Shown here piece by piece: positions 61,638-64,000 of a DNA stretch of 64,000 nucleotides; positions within the stretch are counted from its first letter, which is position 1, and the number at the start of each line of letters is the position of its first letter. Source of the stretch: the human T2T-CHM13v2.0 reference genome, Homo sapiens. The stretch is taken from assembly GCF_009914755.1 (NCBI RefSeq), contig NC_060933.1; one strand, given 5' to 3'. The notes beneath the pieces were generated by a model. That model was given only the letters and a program-made list of their open reading frames with translations, was not told the origin of the DNA and ran no database searches. Position numbers and translations under genes: made by a program.

Positions 61638-63496
61638 TAAATTTATTTTTTATGAGTGAAAAAGGGAAATAGAAAAATTGGAGTGCAACTGAACTATATT
61701 ATATGAGAAAACTTTAAATTAGGAAAAGTGGATGAACGTGATTTTTAGGCTGGTGATAGTTCACATGCCCAAATATAAATTCAAGTCACTGAAAGACTTT
61801 TTTCAGATACATTCTGGGAATTAGGAACTTTGGTTAAAAATCATTCAAATAAGCCTCACTGAAGGGCATTGAGAGTAGTGTTTACAAAATTTTGCTTTGG
61901 GTCAATTCTCACTTAAAATACTTATTGTAAATTCATTAAGACCCCCATATGCCTGGCACTGTGAAAGGGATTTTAATATCCCATCTTGTTTAAGTCTTAA
62001 CAACAACTCTATGAGATGGGCACTTTATCCTTTTCATATAAAGAAACTGAGGCGTTTTATATCCTTTCTATATAAGAAAACTGAGGCATATTCTGGTGAA
62101 ATATTTGTTCAAGGTCATAGAACTTCTAAGATGCAGCATCAATAAGTCATACCCTGAATCCCTCTTGATTCTATACTTTTTCTATGATACCATGCTTTTC
62201 TATATTTTAATCAAATAGATTTTATAAGAGAAATTCAAAGTATAGATGTGCAGTTTATAGCATACAACCTAGGAAACTTTGTGGAAAGAATTTTTATAAC
62301 TTCACAGAATAATTTTTTAAGAGAGAGAAATGTGCTTTCAAATGTAAAACTTATCTAATGCAAGAGCTAAATTTCAGGGCAACATTTTTGTTTTGGCATA
62401 ACATCTGAAGATGACATGCTATGAATGTCATACATTTTCTACATCCTTATTTAGTATTGATACAGAATTATAGACAGGTAAGACAAAAGAAACAGAGACA
62501 TATCTGAGTAGTTTCTGGGGACAGAAAGATAGGATGGAAAGAAAATTGGCCTGGGAGGCAAGAGACATACATTCTGGTTCTTTATTGGTAAATAGCTTGA
62601 TTTGCATACATCTTGATCATGTTGCTTTCCCCTCTCAGATAGAAAAGAGGTAATGTTCATCTCCTCAATTTCCACACTCAATCTTCAGTTTCTGCACATC
62701 TTTTAAGATTGAATGGGTGTTTTCTGCTCCCCTCTTACGGGAAACTCCTTAGATTGGCTATTGAGTGTAGCTTCCCTGATTAGGCTCTTTCCTGTTGTAA
62801 CACTAGAATAAAGAGTGAAAAAGAGTCCATAGTCATCACCTAATTCATCCTTAATGATCGGATGAGAGACACTGAGGATCACAGAAGGACAAGCTTTGGC
62901 TTAGCAAAGCCACATGTCAATTCAGTGCAGAGCTGGGACCAGACCCAGGCCCCCACATTCCAGTCCAGTGACCTGCATTGCCTCCAACGTGATTAAATCT
63001 GATGTCAGACTTCACAGAGAGAAGATGTTTTGTTGTTTTGTTCTATTAAGTTAGTCCAGAACATATAAGTTTTTACTCTATAATGAAAAATGATCACTCT
63101 TCTTAAAGAATAATTGAAATGAAAAAGGCAAAGTAATCACACTGCATCTGCAGATATTGGCATTTCAGAACACTGAGTGCATAATAAAATAATCCTTAAG
63201 GAAATTAGTTATTGTCTGAGTACACTGGCTGCTTTGACTTCCTCAAATGCACTCTCACCGATATTAATATTGTATTGAAAATATCCAAGGTCTTCTTTCT
63301 TTGGTCTGCATTATAATGTCCAAAGAAAAATTAGATGTTTTAGTATTATAGAATACTTGCAATAATAAACATGTAATGGCCTAAATCAAGGAGGTAAGAT
63401 GCCAGCTTGCCAATTTATCTAGAATTATGTTTACCTCCAGACCCTGGGTTTTCTTGGGAGACAAGCAGGGACATTGCATGACAAATGGGTATGAAT

Positions 63497-63541
63497 TCAT
63501 ATCATATCATATCATATCATATATCATATCATATCATATCA
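63497..63541. repeat. (ATATC)n pentanucleotide microsatellite
   Basis: Directly visible, with one interruption. Confidence 0.95.
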
Positions 63542-64000
63542 GTATAAAGAAAGAAGAAAAGCCAGTGGGGAACGTGGAGAGTATAGTGTACTGATTGCTT
63601 ACCATGGAGAAGTCTTCATACTTGCCTTCTTTATTTCTCACAATAATCCTGTTATGTAGTCATTATTTCCATTATCTTAAAATGTGAAAGATGAGGCTCA
63701 CCAACACTAAGTAGAGAATTCCAGGTCATTAGTGTTCAGGTGAAAGAGAAGAGTTTAGAACTCTGGCACTTTCTAAATTCAAAAGCTATGCTTTCTTCTG
63801 GTTGGTCTGATTACTTCCAATAAAGAAACAGGGAATGTTTATGTTGAAAGATTAAAATATCATAGAGGGAGATGCTTTTTTTTCTTCAAAACTCAAGACC
63901 AGTTTATAAAGGAGAGAATAAATTTTTTCCCTTTGCATCCTCAGAATACTGAGCAAGAAATACAGATGGACATAATAGAAGATATATGTATAAGAAAGAG

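Overview
AT-rich primate (human-like) non-coding genomic DNA, either intergenic or deep intronic. I found no protein-coding gene, CpG island, tRNA or rRNA. The only ORFs in the track with recognisable homology are decayed LINE-1 ORF1/ORF2 pieces or Alu-derived frames. A large part of the window is transposon-derived: one full-length, dead, old L1PA-type LINE-1 (10.7-17.1 kb), a younger 5'-inverted L1PA3-like copy with a perfect TSD (55.1-57.0 kb), older L1M fragments, six Alus plus a monomer, ERV1/ERVL/MaLR solo LTRs, many MIR/L2 relics and a tailless U2 snRNA retrocopy. I see no evidence for a new multi-gene system. The most unusual items are structural: (1) an unexplained ~270-bp near-palindrome at 25.0-25.3 kb; (2) a locally copied LTR end plus flank sitting at the centre of an AT-rich inverted repeat at 8.3-8.6 kb; (3) a probable 27-nt 3' transduction tag on the twin-primed L1; (4) an older twin-primed L1M. 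Repeat subfamily names come from recalled consensus sequences and should be confirmed with RepeatMasker/Dfam.
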